DNA of 60,772 nt, counting the filler, from Circinaria calcarea (taxonomy: Eukaryota): assembly GCA_051942165.1 (NCBI GenBank). It is 8 parts of 8 records of this genome, joined end to end, with 100 filler letters (N's around TTAATTAATTAA, not from the genome) between each part and the next. Parts side by side here need not be neighbours in the genome. Positions count along the whole stretch, not along the records: positions 1 to 7,519 come from JAVECS010001306.1; positions 7,620 to 15,136 come from JAVECS010001307.1; 6 more parts are not named here. The stretch is one strand, 5' to 3'. Position numbers and translations under genes: made by a program. The notes under the pieces were generated by a model. The model was not told the DNA's origin. It was given only the letters and a program-made list of their open reading frames with translations, and made no database searches. Shown piece by piece: positions 1 to 12,503 of this stretch; the stretch's first letter is position 1, and each line of letters starts with the position of its first letter.

Positions 1-650
1 TTGCCCCAAGCGCTCCAGTGGTACCTCAAACCGGATCGTGAGCTGTCCTAGTTGATGCGACAAGTGTGCCAATGCACCTGGTAATGAGCTCAAATGGAAG
101 CGATGCTGTGTCCAGGCAGAGGCAGGCAACAGAGTGCGTGATAGACCTCATGCTGGATATGCTCGAATTTCCAGAGCAAAGCGTGACATTTCTCCAATGA
201 GCTTCAATTTGCACTATCCAGCTTTGGCGTGAAGCCCAAACGCGCTATACTAGAGGCTCCGGCTGGCCATTCCCTCCCTATATCCCCATACGAGTGCCCG
301 CTGTCAGAGATCCGTACGTTGCATAGATGTTAGATGGGCTGGAATGTTCTATTTCTTATGGAAGGATGATGATGATAGCAGTTAGGTCGACATGAGACAT
401 AGATCCTCTTCATCTCGTAACATGACAAGGTATCCGACTTTGATATGTATTCGGTTGACTAGAGCCGCTAGCCACCCTGCAAAGGCCAAGGTACAAAGTG
501 AGGCCATTTCTCTGAGAAATACCCGGTGTGCTTGTCAAGGTTCTGGATACACCGTTGGGGCTTCCCCAGTCAGACATACTGTCTACACCCGCAGCAGATC
601 TTACCCGGCAAAAACCCGATTCTGTGAGGTTGTGTAATCCGGAGCAAGTC

Positions 651-2176
651 ATGCTCAAAGACACGTGCCTTAGGGAACGGCTAGATGATTTGCCTACACC
701 AGCTGCAATCATAGACACATATGTCCTTGAGCGGAACTGCAAGCCGATGTTGAGAGCCTGCGAAATCCTTCGAGTGTCTTCTCGGCCCCATGTCAAAAAG
801 CATACCATAAAGTATGTAGGGTCATCAGGTTAAGAAATCTATACAGCTTGCGTTGATCCATGTTTATACCTTGTCGAATCCCCAGCGGAATTTCATTTCT
901 TATTACGTGCTGCTGATATCTTCCGGCCCAATCCTAGACCACGGAAATGACCGCCTTGCAAATCGGAGAATCAACTCTGCAAGTAAATATCGTCGTGTCT
1001 ACGCTATCTGAAGTCGAGCACCTGCAAAGAGCGCGGAAGAACTGTAAATGTATAGCATGTACGAGTCTTGCAAAAACATCAGACCTCATTGTACTATCGG
1101 TCCTATACGGCCTACCCTTACCCCCATCTCAAGTCGAACGTCTTGCCCTCCTAGACAAAAGGCTTGGTACTGGTAGCATCAGTGTGCTGATTGACCACGC
1201 CGACCAACTAAATGCTCTCCGGAGGTTTCGGGATCTCGCCGGCTTCGGTGCTGGGATCTTTGTCAAAATTGACATTCGGTATCATCGGGCTGGCTTACCT
1301 GTCCACTCTGCTAAGACCGCACATGTGCTTAGGTCAATCCTCGAACACAAAGAATACGGGACGAGTCATGAACTCCTTGGATTTTACAGTCATGCCGGAC
1401 ACAGTTATGGCGGGGGCTCCGGCAAGGCCGCCATGGAGCTCCTGGTGCAAGAAATCGAAGGTTTAAGCTGTGCAGCTGATGTCGCTGTCTCTGTTGCCAG
1501 AGAGGTCTGTAATGAAGGCGGCCTCCAGACTAGGTTCGTGCTCTCTGTCGGTGCAACACCAACCGCAACATCGGTCGAGAATTTACTTCACGAGAATCCA
1601 AGCCCAGAGATCCACAATCAAATGGTAAACTTGAGTAATGCAATCATGAATGCCAACGCAGGTCACTCAGTCGAGTTGCACGCCGGAATATATCCCGTAC
1701 TTGACCTGCAACAACTTGCCACAAAGGCCAGTCCTTCAGCCCAATCTCACGGGGTACCTCTTAGCCTTACATACTTTGACATTGCTCTTACTATTCTCGC
1801 CGAGGTCGTAAGCCTCTATTCGTTCCGGGACCCCCTCGAGGCACTGATTGCTGCAGGCACTGTGGTTCTTGGCCGTGAGCCTTGCCAATCATACAGCGGT
1901 TGGGGAGTTGTCTCTGCCTGAGAGGAAACTTCGAATATGATTGATAATAGCGGCTGGGTGGTAGGGCGCATCAGTCAGGAGCATGGCATCTTGCAGCGAG
2001 TTTCTTCACTTTCAAAAGGAGGCGAGCTGTATATTGGACAGAAGGTGATAATATGGCCAAACCATGCATGTATCACTGGAGCTGGATTTGGTTATTATTT
2101 CATTGTGGACTCAAGTTTACCGGAGGGGGCAAAAGACGAAGTCGTGGATGTCTGGGTACGCTGCCGCGGCTGGTGA
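651..2176 (+). pseudogene. DSD1: D-serine dehydratase-like (PLP fold-type III) gene, disrupted
   Basis: Motifs LPTPAAIID, RPHVK (PLP Lys), GFYSHAGHSY, SVGATPT, ELHAGIY, SQEHG, PNHAC and terminal RCRGW. In-frame TGA at 1919-1921 where Trp is expected; phase mismatch across intron 812-937; apparent frameshift and lost AG near 1030-1100. Confidence 0.8.
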
Positions 2177-2866
2177 GGAGATTATTTAAGCTACCTGCTT
2201 TCCAGAATTGCGCGTACAAAAGGGCTTTGTATGGGTGGCCGCCTGAGCTAGAAATAAGGGAATATCGAGCGAAAGTTTGGAGGACTGGAGCCAAGTACCA
2301 TGACTGATTGGAATTCACGACGGGCCCCCACCCAAAATCATCCTGGTGTCGAGTCTCCTATCTTTCATGCCACTGAACGATAAGGGAGTCAGCTTCTCCT
2401 GGGCATTGGGCGTTACTAGTATGACTTCAACAATGAGCCAAAAGCGTCTAGTGAGCAAAGCATATCATTGATGGTGGTCGTAGTAGAGTTAGACTAAATG
2501 AAGATTTAGAATCGAAGTCATCCGCACTGTTGCTATTCTCCGGTACGTAGTACAATTTTACGGCACGAGATAAGGTCGTCGTTAGCGTCTGTGCTAACGA
2601 ACAAGCTCTAAGATCTTGGCGCAGTCCTTGATAACGACCAAGAAGATACTCCAGACCTCAGCTGGTGGTAATCTGCCCGTACCGCATACGTCTAGTCTCG
2701 ATGCTCTGTTGCTCGCTGTGCCTGCATGGAAGTGACTAACCCGAGAAGACTGGACAAGGAGGTCGTGTCGGGTAGGGAGGATTCGTCGCGCAGCTCTGGT
2801 TGTGCCTGGGTCCATCCCGCATCGTCCAGATCTCATCTACCAAGCTTCAGACTTCGTGGAAGGCGG

Positions 2867-2874
2867 CCGCGGAG
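2867..2874 (-). promoter_or_regulatory. NirA/NIT4-type site (CTCCGCGG)
   Basis: CCGCGGAG on + is CTCCGCGG on -, matching consensus CTCCGHGG; about 960 bp upstream of the nitrate transporter ATG. Confidence 0.6.
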
Positions 2875-2975
2875 AACAAACGACCCCTTATATGATTTTG
2901 CAGTTGCCAGGGAGGCTGTGCACCTATGATGCTACGTCGAGAGGAATAATGGGCTCTCCGTAGGTTGGTGGTGTT

Positions 2976-3108
2976 CTTATCAGAGACCCTGCCACATTCG
3001 CTCTCAAACCGGCAACGCTGATTCCTCTGGGATAGATAAGCCCGCGCAACAGCCATACAGATAACGAGTCCTATCGACCCGAAAATCTTTGGAGTCGAGC
3101 CCTGATAA
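2976..3108. promoter_or_regulatory. Cluster of AreA/NIT2-type GATA sites
   Basis: CTTATCA 2976, GATAGATAAG 3031, AGATAA 3059, CTATC 3071, TGATAA 3103; more GATAA at about 2379, 2569 and 2630. Confidence 0.6.
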
Positions 3109-3396
3109 CCGCATCCCGAGCCTTATTGGGTGTCCTGCCAAGGCCTTCCGGGGGACTGTCAGTCAATGCCTTGCGCGTTGCTTTCCTCTACTGTCCCACA
3201 CCCTCGAAACGTATGATACCGCCGCCCTGGCTCGGGTGCTTTTGTGAAATGGCCCCCTGCATGCTCAGGTGAAAGAACGGTACAACAATCAGATGAGCCA
3301 TCTCCACGCATCTTCCACGTCCTCGGAACGCCATCGGGTTGCCATCGGGGTTAAGCCGAGTATTTGAATTCCACCATTGCGCGCCCTCCCACGCGA

Positions 3397-3404
3397 CTCC
3401 GTGG
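3397..3404 (+). promoter_or_regulatory. NirA/NIT4-type site (CTCCGTGG)
   Basis: Exact CTCCGHGG match about 430 bp upstream of the ATG; TATAAA at 3769-3774. Confidence 0.65.
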
Positions 3405-3836
3405 TCCTGTTTGAAAGCCCTGCATCCGAGGACCTCCTTATCAGGCCAAGCGTCAAGCGTCATTCGCCCAACCTTGGTCCCAAGCCTCGTCGCTCTTTTT
3501 TGCCCAGGCGGAGATCTCTTCGAGCATCATCCCGCGGATTTGCTGCTTTAGCTCTGGGGCATTGCAAGATTGGGTGGAGGCTCGCCGGAGATATCATGTA
3601 AAGAGAGGTCATGGCTGAAATGTCATAATCCTTAAATACTCCCTACGCGGACCTCCTATGCAGGACATCCCACCTGCATCTGACTCCTGCGTCTCATACT
3701 CACGACGACCGTTCTCGTGGGCCCACCCCGGACTCGTCGCTCGAACATCTACCATTTGGCCTATAACATATAAAGGCCCTTGTGTGTCCATATCCTTTAC
3801 AAATCAGACATCTGCTCCTAAGCTCCTCATCTCAAC

Positions 3837-5606
3837 ATGTTCAACCCTGCTGTTCTTTGGCAAGCCCCAGTGCTCAACCCTATCAACCGAAAGGCACGTT
3901 CCATTCCGGCGTTCAACCCACTCAATATATACGGTCGAGTTTTCACCTTTTCTTGGTTTGGCTTTCTGATTGCATTCTGGTCCTGGTAAGCACTGCCAAC
4001 TGAGCATTCTCCTTATAGTCTTGTCAAGCAGCTAATCAATCTCAGGTATGCATTTCCACCACTAGTAGGTGCTCCATAGCAGCGTTCCACATAACAAGTA
4101 GCTTTGGGCTTACATTTCCCCCAGCTCTATGTGACCATCGCCAAAGATTTGAATCTCACGACCGTTGAAATCGCAAATTCAAACATCATCTCCCTACTTG
4201 CTACGTATGCTTCCCTTTTCTGTACTCCAATATTCGTGCTGATATTATACAGGCTACTTATCCGATTAGTCGCCGGTCCATCATGTGATCGCTTTGGTCC
4301 CCGATATACGTTCGCCGGTTGCCTGCTGGCAGGAGCTATTCCTACAGCCCTCGCAGGTGCTGTGACCAACGCTCATGGTCTAATGGCCCTCCGATTCTTT
4401 ATTGGCGTATTGGGCGGTAGCTTCGTTCCCTGCCAGGTTTGGACAACAGGTTTTTTCGATAAGAACGTTGTCGGTACTGCCAATGCTTTTACCGGCGGTC
4501 TCGGCAATGCTGGTGGTGGAATCACCTACTTTCTAATGCCCGCCATTTTCGACTCTTTGGTTTCTAGACAGGGTCTTTCGGCACACGTTGCCTGGCGTGT
4601 GACATTTATTGTCCCCTTCATTTTGATTACCGCAGTTGCCGTCGCCATGTTAATCTGCTGTCCCGACACGCCCACAGGCAAATGGAGCGAGCGCCATTTG
4701 CACGCTCAACAAAACCTTGCGGCTCACGGAGTCACTGGCGATGTCGTCGACCTACCAGGCAACTTCGCCGATAGCAAGTCCTCTCCTGGTTCAGAGAGCC
4801 CGTCTTACGGAAGTACCCATGGGAAGCTTGAATATGATGCAACTGGAAAAGTCAGTACAGTTGCCGATCATGAGGCACAGATTGGCGAGCAGCAGATGCT
4901 TGATACAGCGCGAGGAGAAGTTGTCGTCAAGCCAACGTTCAAGGAGGCCATAAGAGTGACATTCTCCCCGCAAACTCTTGTGACAGCTGGAGCGTACTTT
5001 TGCTCGTTTGGTGGCGAGCTAGCAATCAACTCGATCCTAGGGTCGTACTACCTGAAGAATTTTCCCACACTAGGGCAAACCGGTACTGGAAATTGGGCCG
5101 CCATGTTCGGTCTCTTGAACGTCGCCTTTAGACCCTTGGGTGGGATCATATCTGATCTTATTTACCCCCACACGGGGGTATGGGGTAAGAAGATGTTGAT
5201 TCATGGTTTGGCCGTCATCACCGGCGCTTTCCTCATCGCCATCGGTCTCATTGATTCGCACGATTCCCATACAATGTTTGGACTTATCGCTGGCATGGCA
5301 TTCTTCTTGGAAGCTGGCAACGGCGCCAACTACTCTCTCGTCCCTCATGTTCATCCGTCTGCTAACGGTATGATGATCTCATCTTCGAGTTTTATGTGCT
5401 CTATGCTAATTGCGGTTCTAGGTATCATCTCCGGATGCACCGGTGCCGCAGGAAATCTAGGAGGTATCGTCTTTGCCATCATCTTCCGCTACAACGGCAA
5501 GAATTATGGTAAGGTCTTTTGGATCATTGGGGTTATGACCATCGCCATCAACCTGTCGCTCAGCTGGATCCGACCAATCCCCAAGGGGCAAATTGGAGGT
5601 CGTTGA
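3837..5606 (+). CDS. crnA: High-affinity nitrate transporter, NRT2/NNP family of the MFS (NrtA/CrnA- or NrtB-like), 4 introns
   Basis: N-terminus [37 protein letters not shown]; two nitrate signatures ([17 protein letters not shown]); conserved Arg in LIRLVAG and AFRPLGG; four GT-AG introns restore the frame. NrtA versus NrtB paralogue not resolved. Confidence 0.93.
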
Positions 5607-6478
5607 CTTGAGCCATCTGGAATTTTTCGAAGCATCGTTTAATGGGAAGTATGTGGGCGTCTGGATAGATACCATTGTAGATATGCATCTTGGGCAGGTA
5701 TTATGGGAATTTCTTGTATCTAAACGCAAAGCTGCCTCCGCGTTGGTTAAGGTTATCCCGCGCAAGAGAGTAATCAAAACCGCACATGACGCTATTTTAT
5801 GGCGACCTACAGCCCTTGATTCTGTAACATTCATTCCTTTGTGACCTATGTGCTTTTCGATTTTCTTGTCCGGAAGACGATGAATTGATTAACCGACGGG
5901 AAGTGGGATCTCACAGCAAGCGGGGCGGTCTAATCGGACGTTGATATTTTCGAGGCACGGAAATAGGTAGACCAGAACTCCCCCAAAGACGTGTGCCACG
6001 AGATATCCCGATCAGCCCTCCAGTCCTCCGGCCCTTTGGCTCCATTGGGGGATTTTGGGTGATTGGGGTCCGGAAGTCTGTTGGTGTGAATGAAAGAATT
6101 GTAGGCGGGTGATGATATACGATATATAGTTGGTACTCGAGGAGCTTAACTTTCCATCTTCGAATAAAATAACTACAACACCATCCGAACGTGTTGGGGA
6201 AAAAAAAACAAATACTTTAGCGCCCTCAAGGCCGTTCCAGGTGATATCCGCCAACGCCTGCAGTCACTTTCTCTGACCGGCCTCAAAGAAGTTGAGGGCA
6301 GGAGGGGAACGCCTTGAGTAAGGCTTAGAGCGTCCACGAGTTCGCGTGACTATGCAGGACAGTGTATTCGCACTGGTACGAGTGATACATCCTTGTAACC
6401 CCAATGTGAACCTCAGAAACTCCAAGCTCCTGCGGTCTAGGGCGACAACAATCCATTGCGATATTGTTCAACAACTTG

Positions 6479-7519
6479 ATGTCTCTTAGATCTTGTAAAG
6501 GCCACCATACAATACAGCGACACCGTCCTAAACATCAGCCATACATCTGGATCAGCCATGACCTCCTTAGCGACCTACTCCACCGGTTTACCATTTCGAA
6601 ACGAGTTACACGGCATGGCAGTTCTGTTCCAGGACCATTGGAAGCCCTTAGAAGAAACGCTAAAAGGCGCATGATGAATATGGCCGTCGCTGGTGCTGGC
6701 CCTGCTGATATGGGGCGGTTCAATTTCCCAGGAGCACATTGGATAGAAAAGGGCCTCAGGTGGGAACCACCCTTTCAGCTTGGGCAAAGGTCGTCAATCA
6801 ATCCAGAAGGCAAAGGTGGGTGTCAGTAGAGACGATCTGATGGATGCAGATCCTAAATATTTGGTCAGGTCGTTCTCTGTTACCATCTTGGCTGGTTGGG
6901 ACCCCCTCAGAACAAACACAAGAGCCGCCCCCATTGGCCGAGCAGCAACACGCTGAAATCACCACGCCCTTCCGCAACGTCGAGAAAAGACTGAGAAGAC
7001 TGCGTAGATTTGAAGATCTATTGCGACCATGCAGAAATTATGATGAGATTCGAGTCTGCGCACTAGAGGAGGGCTTGAACCTTGAGCGCAGTCAGAACCT
7101 CAGCCGATTAGCCTTTACCCACCTCTCGAACATAAAAGCACCGCTGGATATGCTGCTGAAATTCCTCGAGGACACCTTGGAGGGCTCTGAGCAAACTCAC
7201 GGCTTGCTATCTCTACTGCTCCAAAGTCAAATTGGAGAAGACTATAACGAGGATATTGTGTGTGCCTGGATTCATGGACAAGCATCTCGTGGATGTCTTT
7301 CCGAAAAAGAAATATGCTCGCTACTTAAAGAAACAACTCCACAAAACATTGGCAATGAGCCGCAGAACACCGATAATAAGCTGCAGAATACCGACAATGA
7401 GCTGCAGAATATCGACAATGAGCCGCAGAACACTGGCAATGAGCCACACAACACCTGCAATGAGCCGCACATTACCGGCAATAAGTCACAGCAAGTATCT
7501 CCGCCCTTGGACTGGCAAG
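6479..7519 (+). CDS. Fungal hypothetical protein, 3'-truncated by contig end
   Basis: RHGSSVPGPLEALRRNAKRRM resembles an N-terminal motif I recall from Pezizomycotina hypothetical proteins; probable intron about 6816-6868; ORF open to the gap. Confidence 0.6.
7339..7485 (+). repeat. Coding 21-bp minisatellite, about 7 copies (heptapeptide P/L-Q-N-T-D/G-N-E)
   Basis: Units such as CCGCAGAACACCGATAATAAG, CTGCAGAATACCGACAATGAG, CCGCAGAACACTGGCAATGAG. Confidence 0.9.
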
Positions 7520-7619
7520 NNNNNNNNNNNNNNNNNNNNNNNNNNNNNNNNNNNNNNNNNNNNTTAATTAATTAANNNNNNNNNNNNNNNNNNNNNNNNN
7601 NNNNNNNNNNNNNNNNNNN
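7520..7619. other. Artificial contig spacer N44-TTAATTAATTAA-N44
   Basis: 100 bp with a six-frame-stop core; the same spacer occurs seven times. Confidence 0.98.
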
Positions 7620-7953
7620 GCCACGACCTCCGACGCTACTCTCGAAGGAAGAGCAAAAGCAGATTCGCAAGAATCTTCGTGAGTACAGCAAAGACTTTGA
7701 GGAGGCCGACAGGATCGCAGATGATCAAGAGAAGGGAGCGGTGGTAGAGGAGCGGAGAAGAATGCTGAGCGAGTGGTTGGCTTGGAGGGAGCGAGAGACA
7801 GAAGAATTGCGGGCGGAAAGGAGGGAGATAGGTTTGCCAGAGGATCCAGAAGCGGAGAAGGTGGCCAAGGACGAGGCGGATGGGAAGGAGGACGCGGTTG
7901 TGGAAGAAATAATGGAAGAGATTCTGGACGAGACCGAAGAGGTCATGCCATAG
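7620..7953 (+). CDS. PRT1: Translation initiation factor eIF3 subunit b, C-terminal fragment
   Basis: [28 protein letters not shown]...[11 protein letters not shown]...[15 protein letters not shown]; stop TAG at 7951-7953. Confidence 0.92.
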
Positions 7954-8883
7954 AGTCTGATTTTTCAAGGTAGTTGTGCATAGCTAGGTGCTTTCGGAAT
8001 ACAAGGCATTACGGAAGATTTGATGGCAGTCCAATCAGCTTATCCCAAGACCCGTATACACTGCTTTGAGACTAGCGCGGCCGTAACCATCTGTCGCACC
8101 TCGTTCTCATCACACTTCGAGACACAACGTGATCGTGATCATGATAGGGTCTAGATATGAAGACGAATCCTGCCGCAGCGATTTCTTAGTGGAAATCGCA
8201 TCTGCGTTTGCTCTAGCATCAGGCACGTTTCAGCTCCCAAAGCCACCTACCACCAGCGAGTAAAGACAGGTACTCTATGCATGCTCACGATGCTTTGGGC
8301 ACAGACTCTCCTCTTAATATCCAATTGCGAGCGCCATCTCAAGAACGATTACTTCCCGTGGGGACACAATGCGGTCGGCGCCTGAAGGGCCAAATTCTCT
8401 CTAGGCTCCATACAGCTATTTCTCTTACGTTTTTAGTGTTTAGTGGCCCAATGGTCTCATCACTACCCAGACTGACGATGTCCTTTCCCCTTGGGCGTAC
8501 CAGTTTTTCACTCTTTCTTTGCCGCTCAAAGCCCCATGACATGTGCACTTTCTTTCGCGGGGTATTCTTGGTGATTTCTTTGTTGCGGGTTCTTTGGGCA
8601 GATAATTGTTCTTTGCTACCGGCTGAATAAAAGGAGTTTTACCGTGTTTTGCGCTCTACATTGGAGCGTGTGACAAGAAGTCTGCTTTACTTCCAGCCAG
8701 AGTACGAGTGGAGTCTCGTTTAAGCAAACAGAGTCACATTTGCATATAACAGCAAGGGTGACGTCCCACCACCATCGTTTCGAAATCTACGCTCAGCTTC
8801 CCAGCACAAGGACCCCATTCTTTTCCCCGTTACCGGATCACCCCTCTACTCTAACAAGTCCCAAACCCTCCTCCACGCCAACA

Positions 8884-9525
8884 ATGTCCTCCTCTCGCTC
8901 CCATTCCAAGGATGCCAAAGCCTCCTACGGCCGTGGCGGCGCTGGTACGTACTCAACTATCTGACACTACGGCTGCGCAATGCGTCCCTCCCATTCCATC
9001 GCTTTGCAACCTTTTAACTTCACCGCACAGCTAATCACACCTTTACCAGGCAACATCAAACCCACTACCCGCCATAGCCCTCCACCCGACCTTGTCACGC
9101 CTACCATCAAATCTGAGCGCTACACCACCGGCCGTGGCGGCCAAGGAAACATGGCCAAGAACGATCCTTATAACCCACAGCTGGCGCGGGAGAGTCAGGA
9201 TGTGGGACCGGCGCCGAGAAGACTCAGTATGGGGGATACGCATGTGGGACGAGGTTTGTGGAATCTAAGGCTGCGATTGTGGAAGGGCCAACAGTGGTTT
9301 ACTTGGGGGATAACTGATGAATCGTGGTAAGCTAATAAATGTAAGGGTGAACTAGGAGGAGTAGCGAATATTACGAGATACACCATCGAGGAGGTCGAGA
9401 AGGCGAGAGCAGAGAATGCAAGACTTGAGAAGGAGATGAGGGAAGCTGGGAAATTGGGAGATGGGAATGAGAAGATTGGTATGGCGGATAAAGGGAAGGC
9501 GATGCTCCTTGGGAAGAGGGAGTGA
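8884..9525 (+). CDS. Small DUF3602/Par32-like protein with three GRGGxGN-type motifs, 2 introns
   Basis: SYGRGGAG|NI, TGRGGQGNM, HVGR|GGVANI; introns 8945-9049 and 9254-9355. Confidence 0.85.
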
Positions 9526-10022
9526 AAGTGAGGGTGTGAAAGGTGCGGGGGGTTGGGTACTGTATGTATGGCGTTTGTGGGAACGTAAGGTATTTGATAT
9601 TGAGAAGCGCATAAGCTGGAAAAGTTGGGAGGTATCTTGGATTGCGATTATGCTAACATCATGTTGCATAGGCATAGATTGCCCTGGGTACTCCAGGCAA
9701 CTTGCTTGATGTGTTGAGTCTCTTTTCTTGATGCTTGCCTGTTTCCTCCGAGTTTGTGCGTACAGTTCTCTAGGCCCTTATTCATTTATCTCAGGAGTCA
9801 TTTCCCACGGGTTGATTGATTCGATTACTCGTCCATATAGCGAATGTGTTGTTCCCGGTCTATGAATTTACGCTTCACTCAAGCTTTCTACGAAAAGAAC
9901 ATTCACGGTTGGTGAATTCCCACTAGTCATCCCTCAACATAACTTCTAGCCTAAAACTACCCTTCTTACCTCTAACCAACATCATCAACAACCCTACATC
10001 GTCTTCTTCTACTTTCTTATAT

Positions 10023-12503
10023 ATGAGTACTGATATTGGATATTCCTATCTGGGCCTTTCTCCACACCTATCACATCAGCTTCGTACTTCCCACAACGCA
10101 AGACGTCTAACACAGCTCCAAGAGAAGTCAACAGAGTACTTTAACAATGGGCTATGTGCCGAAGAATGCCAGATAATACATTCATTGGATCTAGATCTGG
10201 GAATTAGTCGCACCTCTTCGACGGCTACAACGCGATGCTCGCTGCGCATTGGTACTTCTGATGGTCTCATTGATGCTGTAGAACTAGCCAGTAAAGAGGT
10301 GTCATCATATATCAGAGTAGTCACCCGACTGTACGAGGAGAGGCACGAAAGTGGTACTTTAGCTTTTAAACACAGAAAGAAGTTGGCAACAACGTGCGGT
10401 TTGCAGGTCAAAACGCTAAATAGTGACGGTATTTCAGAAAGACTCAAGTAGTACTGTCGATACCATTTCAACATTTCGAAGCTGAAACCGACCCTGGCAC
10501 CTGTCGTCTGTTCAGAGCGTCAGAGTAGCCAGCTCAATCTCCGCATCCTGTTGAATTCGCCAAACTGATCCTACATCTCATCAAACGCATGTGGGAAGAG
10601 GTTAGAAACCATTCGACGCTCACCACCGATATCATGAAATTGTAGACAACATTTTCGACCACATGCGGGAAGGGCTCAGTTTTGTATAACAAAAGCGTTC
10701 TATGGCCCGGGAGAATCAAGATATTTGAGTAATGAGATATATATGATACATTCGGAATTTCATAATTTGCTTATCAAAGACGACTTCCTTGCTCTGTCGT
10801 AGCTCCTTCCATGTGTCTTGCCTATGTGCCACTTACTCAAATCTACGTGGCATAATTCAGATCCGTTTTTGTCGACCATGATGACAAGGCGTTTCTTAAG
10901 AAACTTGAATTGATGGTCGAACTTTATAATTTCAAACAGGAAATGAGGCTCAATGGGAGTCTGATATATATTCATGTCTTTACGCCTACACATCACTGCC
11001 GGGATTTTCCGAGCCGGACGCACTACTAGAATCTCAGGATCTGAATCACGTTCCCAAAGATAATAGAGCCTCGCGAAAAGATAAACCTGGATTCTCATTG
11101 GTTTCCCGGGATAGCAGAGTTCTGTTTCCCCCTATGGAAAATGATAAATACAAGCGTCGTCAGTCGGTAAATGAGTTCCCACCGACAAACATTCAAGAGA
11201 AGTTCCGGAACAACGTTTTTAGTTTTTCCAAGATATATATGATATATTTGCTGCAAAGCACATAGATCCAGCGAAAATAAATATGCCAAGGGTTAAAATT
11301 TCCTGCTATCCGCAATCTTTCCAGCCACGATCTGTAATAGTTTTATCATTTTTCGCAACAAACCTAGCGAGCCACCATAGTTCAAGAGGAAAAGGATTCT
11401 CCAACAGTTCCCGCGCATTCGGATCTAGGGACCTCTTCCGGCCCTCACTTTTTCCAACTGTCAGCTTCCAGCTGACACGCGGAGTGAGAAAAAAGAGGCT
11501 AAGCAGCCTACGGCGCTTTATGTGTTTATGCTTTGCTTCTACTGGAGAGACTAAAGCTCAAGTGACTGGTTACGAGGAAAAAGAAGCAACCCTAGCTGCG
11601 TGTTATATTAGGTAACACTAATTACCAGGATCTGTGCATCTCTGTTGAAAAACGATAAAAACAAGCGTCATCAGTCGGCAAATGATTTCTCCCACTAACA
11701 GAAGCACTCAGCAAAAGGTTTTCAAGGGTGTATGTACCTTCAACGCCGTCGCGGGCAAAAGACGGTTCTTACGCCGGTCGTCATAATTTGCCCATTACTA
11801 CGCAGGGAAACAGAGCCAACAGCTCCTCCAGAAGAAATTTCAACAATCGATACCTCTCATAAACGAGCGGCCAAGGACATAATACGATCATCACATAAAC
11901 AGGTGGCTGTATTACAGCCCTCCGAAACCCCTTCTGGCTTTCCCAGTGCCCACGCTGTGTAGTCTTCAGGCTTGAGCGCCTTCATCACTCGCGGGGCTCA
12001 AAAATAGACGGTAAACAGACGTACAGAGGGGGAAATTACGGGGAAAAACTATGATATTTTCCAGATATATGATATTTGCTGCAAGAGCGTATATATACAT
12101 ACAGCAAGGCCGCCTTTGTTAAGGGCAAAGCGTTTCCTGCTATCCGCAACCTTTCCAGCCTCGATCAATACCCTCCATATCTTCTGGTCGAAAGCAAACT
12201 CACTCAGAGAAAGAAACAGAGGCTGAGCAGCCTACAGCGCTCTTAGCGGCCATGCTTTTACTGCAGAGACTCAAGCTGCGTGTCATATTGGGTAACACCA
12301 AAGACGAGGATCCTTGCATCTTTGTCATAACATGCTGCGGCGAATGCGTGAAGATTTTGAAAATACCTTTTTGCCAGTCAGGAGAGACTTTTGGGCTAAC
12401 TACTTGCATACAAAATACAGCCGATAGCCGAATATCGCATAAATCCGGGTTTGGTTTCTTATATGCCTATCTTGAGCACTGTCGGCGCCCGTTGTTCGGA
12501 TAA
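10023..12503 (+). pseudogene. Heavily decayed unidentified gene with an internal duplication
   Basis: Protein-like fragments in shifting frames (e.g. HPVEFAKLILHLIKRMWEEV, DKAFLKKLELMVELYNFKQEM, and LLLxRLKL..LRVILGNT twice) broken by stops and frameshifts. Confidence 0.3.
11137..12330 (+). repeat. Diverged tandem duplication (about 11140-11650 and 11650-12330)
   Basis: Collinear blocks: ACAAGCGTCRTCAGTCGG 11150/11661; GATATTTGCTGCAA-like 11241/12071; TTTCCTGCTATCCGCAAYCTTTCCAGCC 11299/12133; AGAGGCTRAGCAGCCTAC 11494/12218; GCTGCGTGTYATATTRGGTAACAC 11595/12275. Confidence 0.8.

Noticed and set aside
1919..1921. TGA at a Trp position as genetic-code reassignment or selenocysteine
   Set aside because: Intact genes here use TGG for Trp and TGA as stop, and the same gene has other lesions.
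4104..5606. ORF-track 500-aa protein as the true nitrate transporter
   Set aside because: It starts inside intron 2 and reads through two in-frame introns; the real start is 3837.
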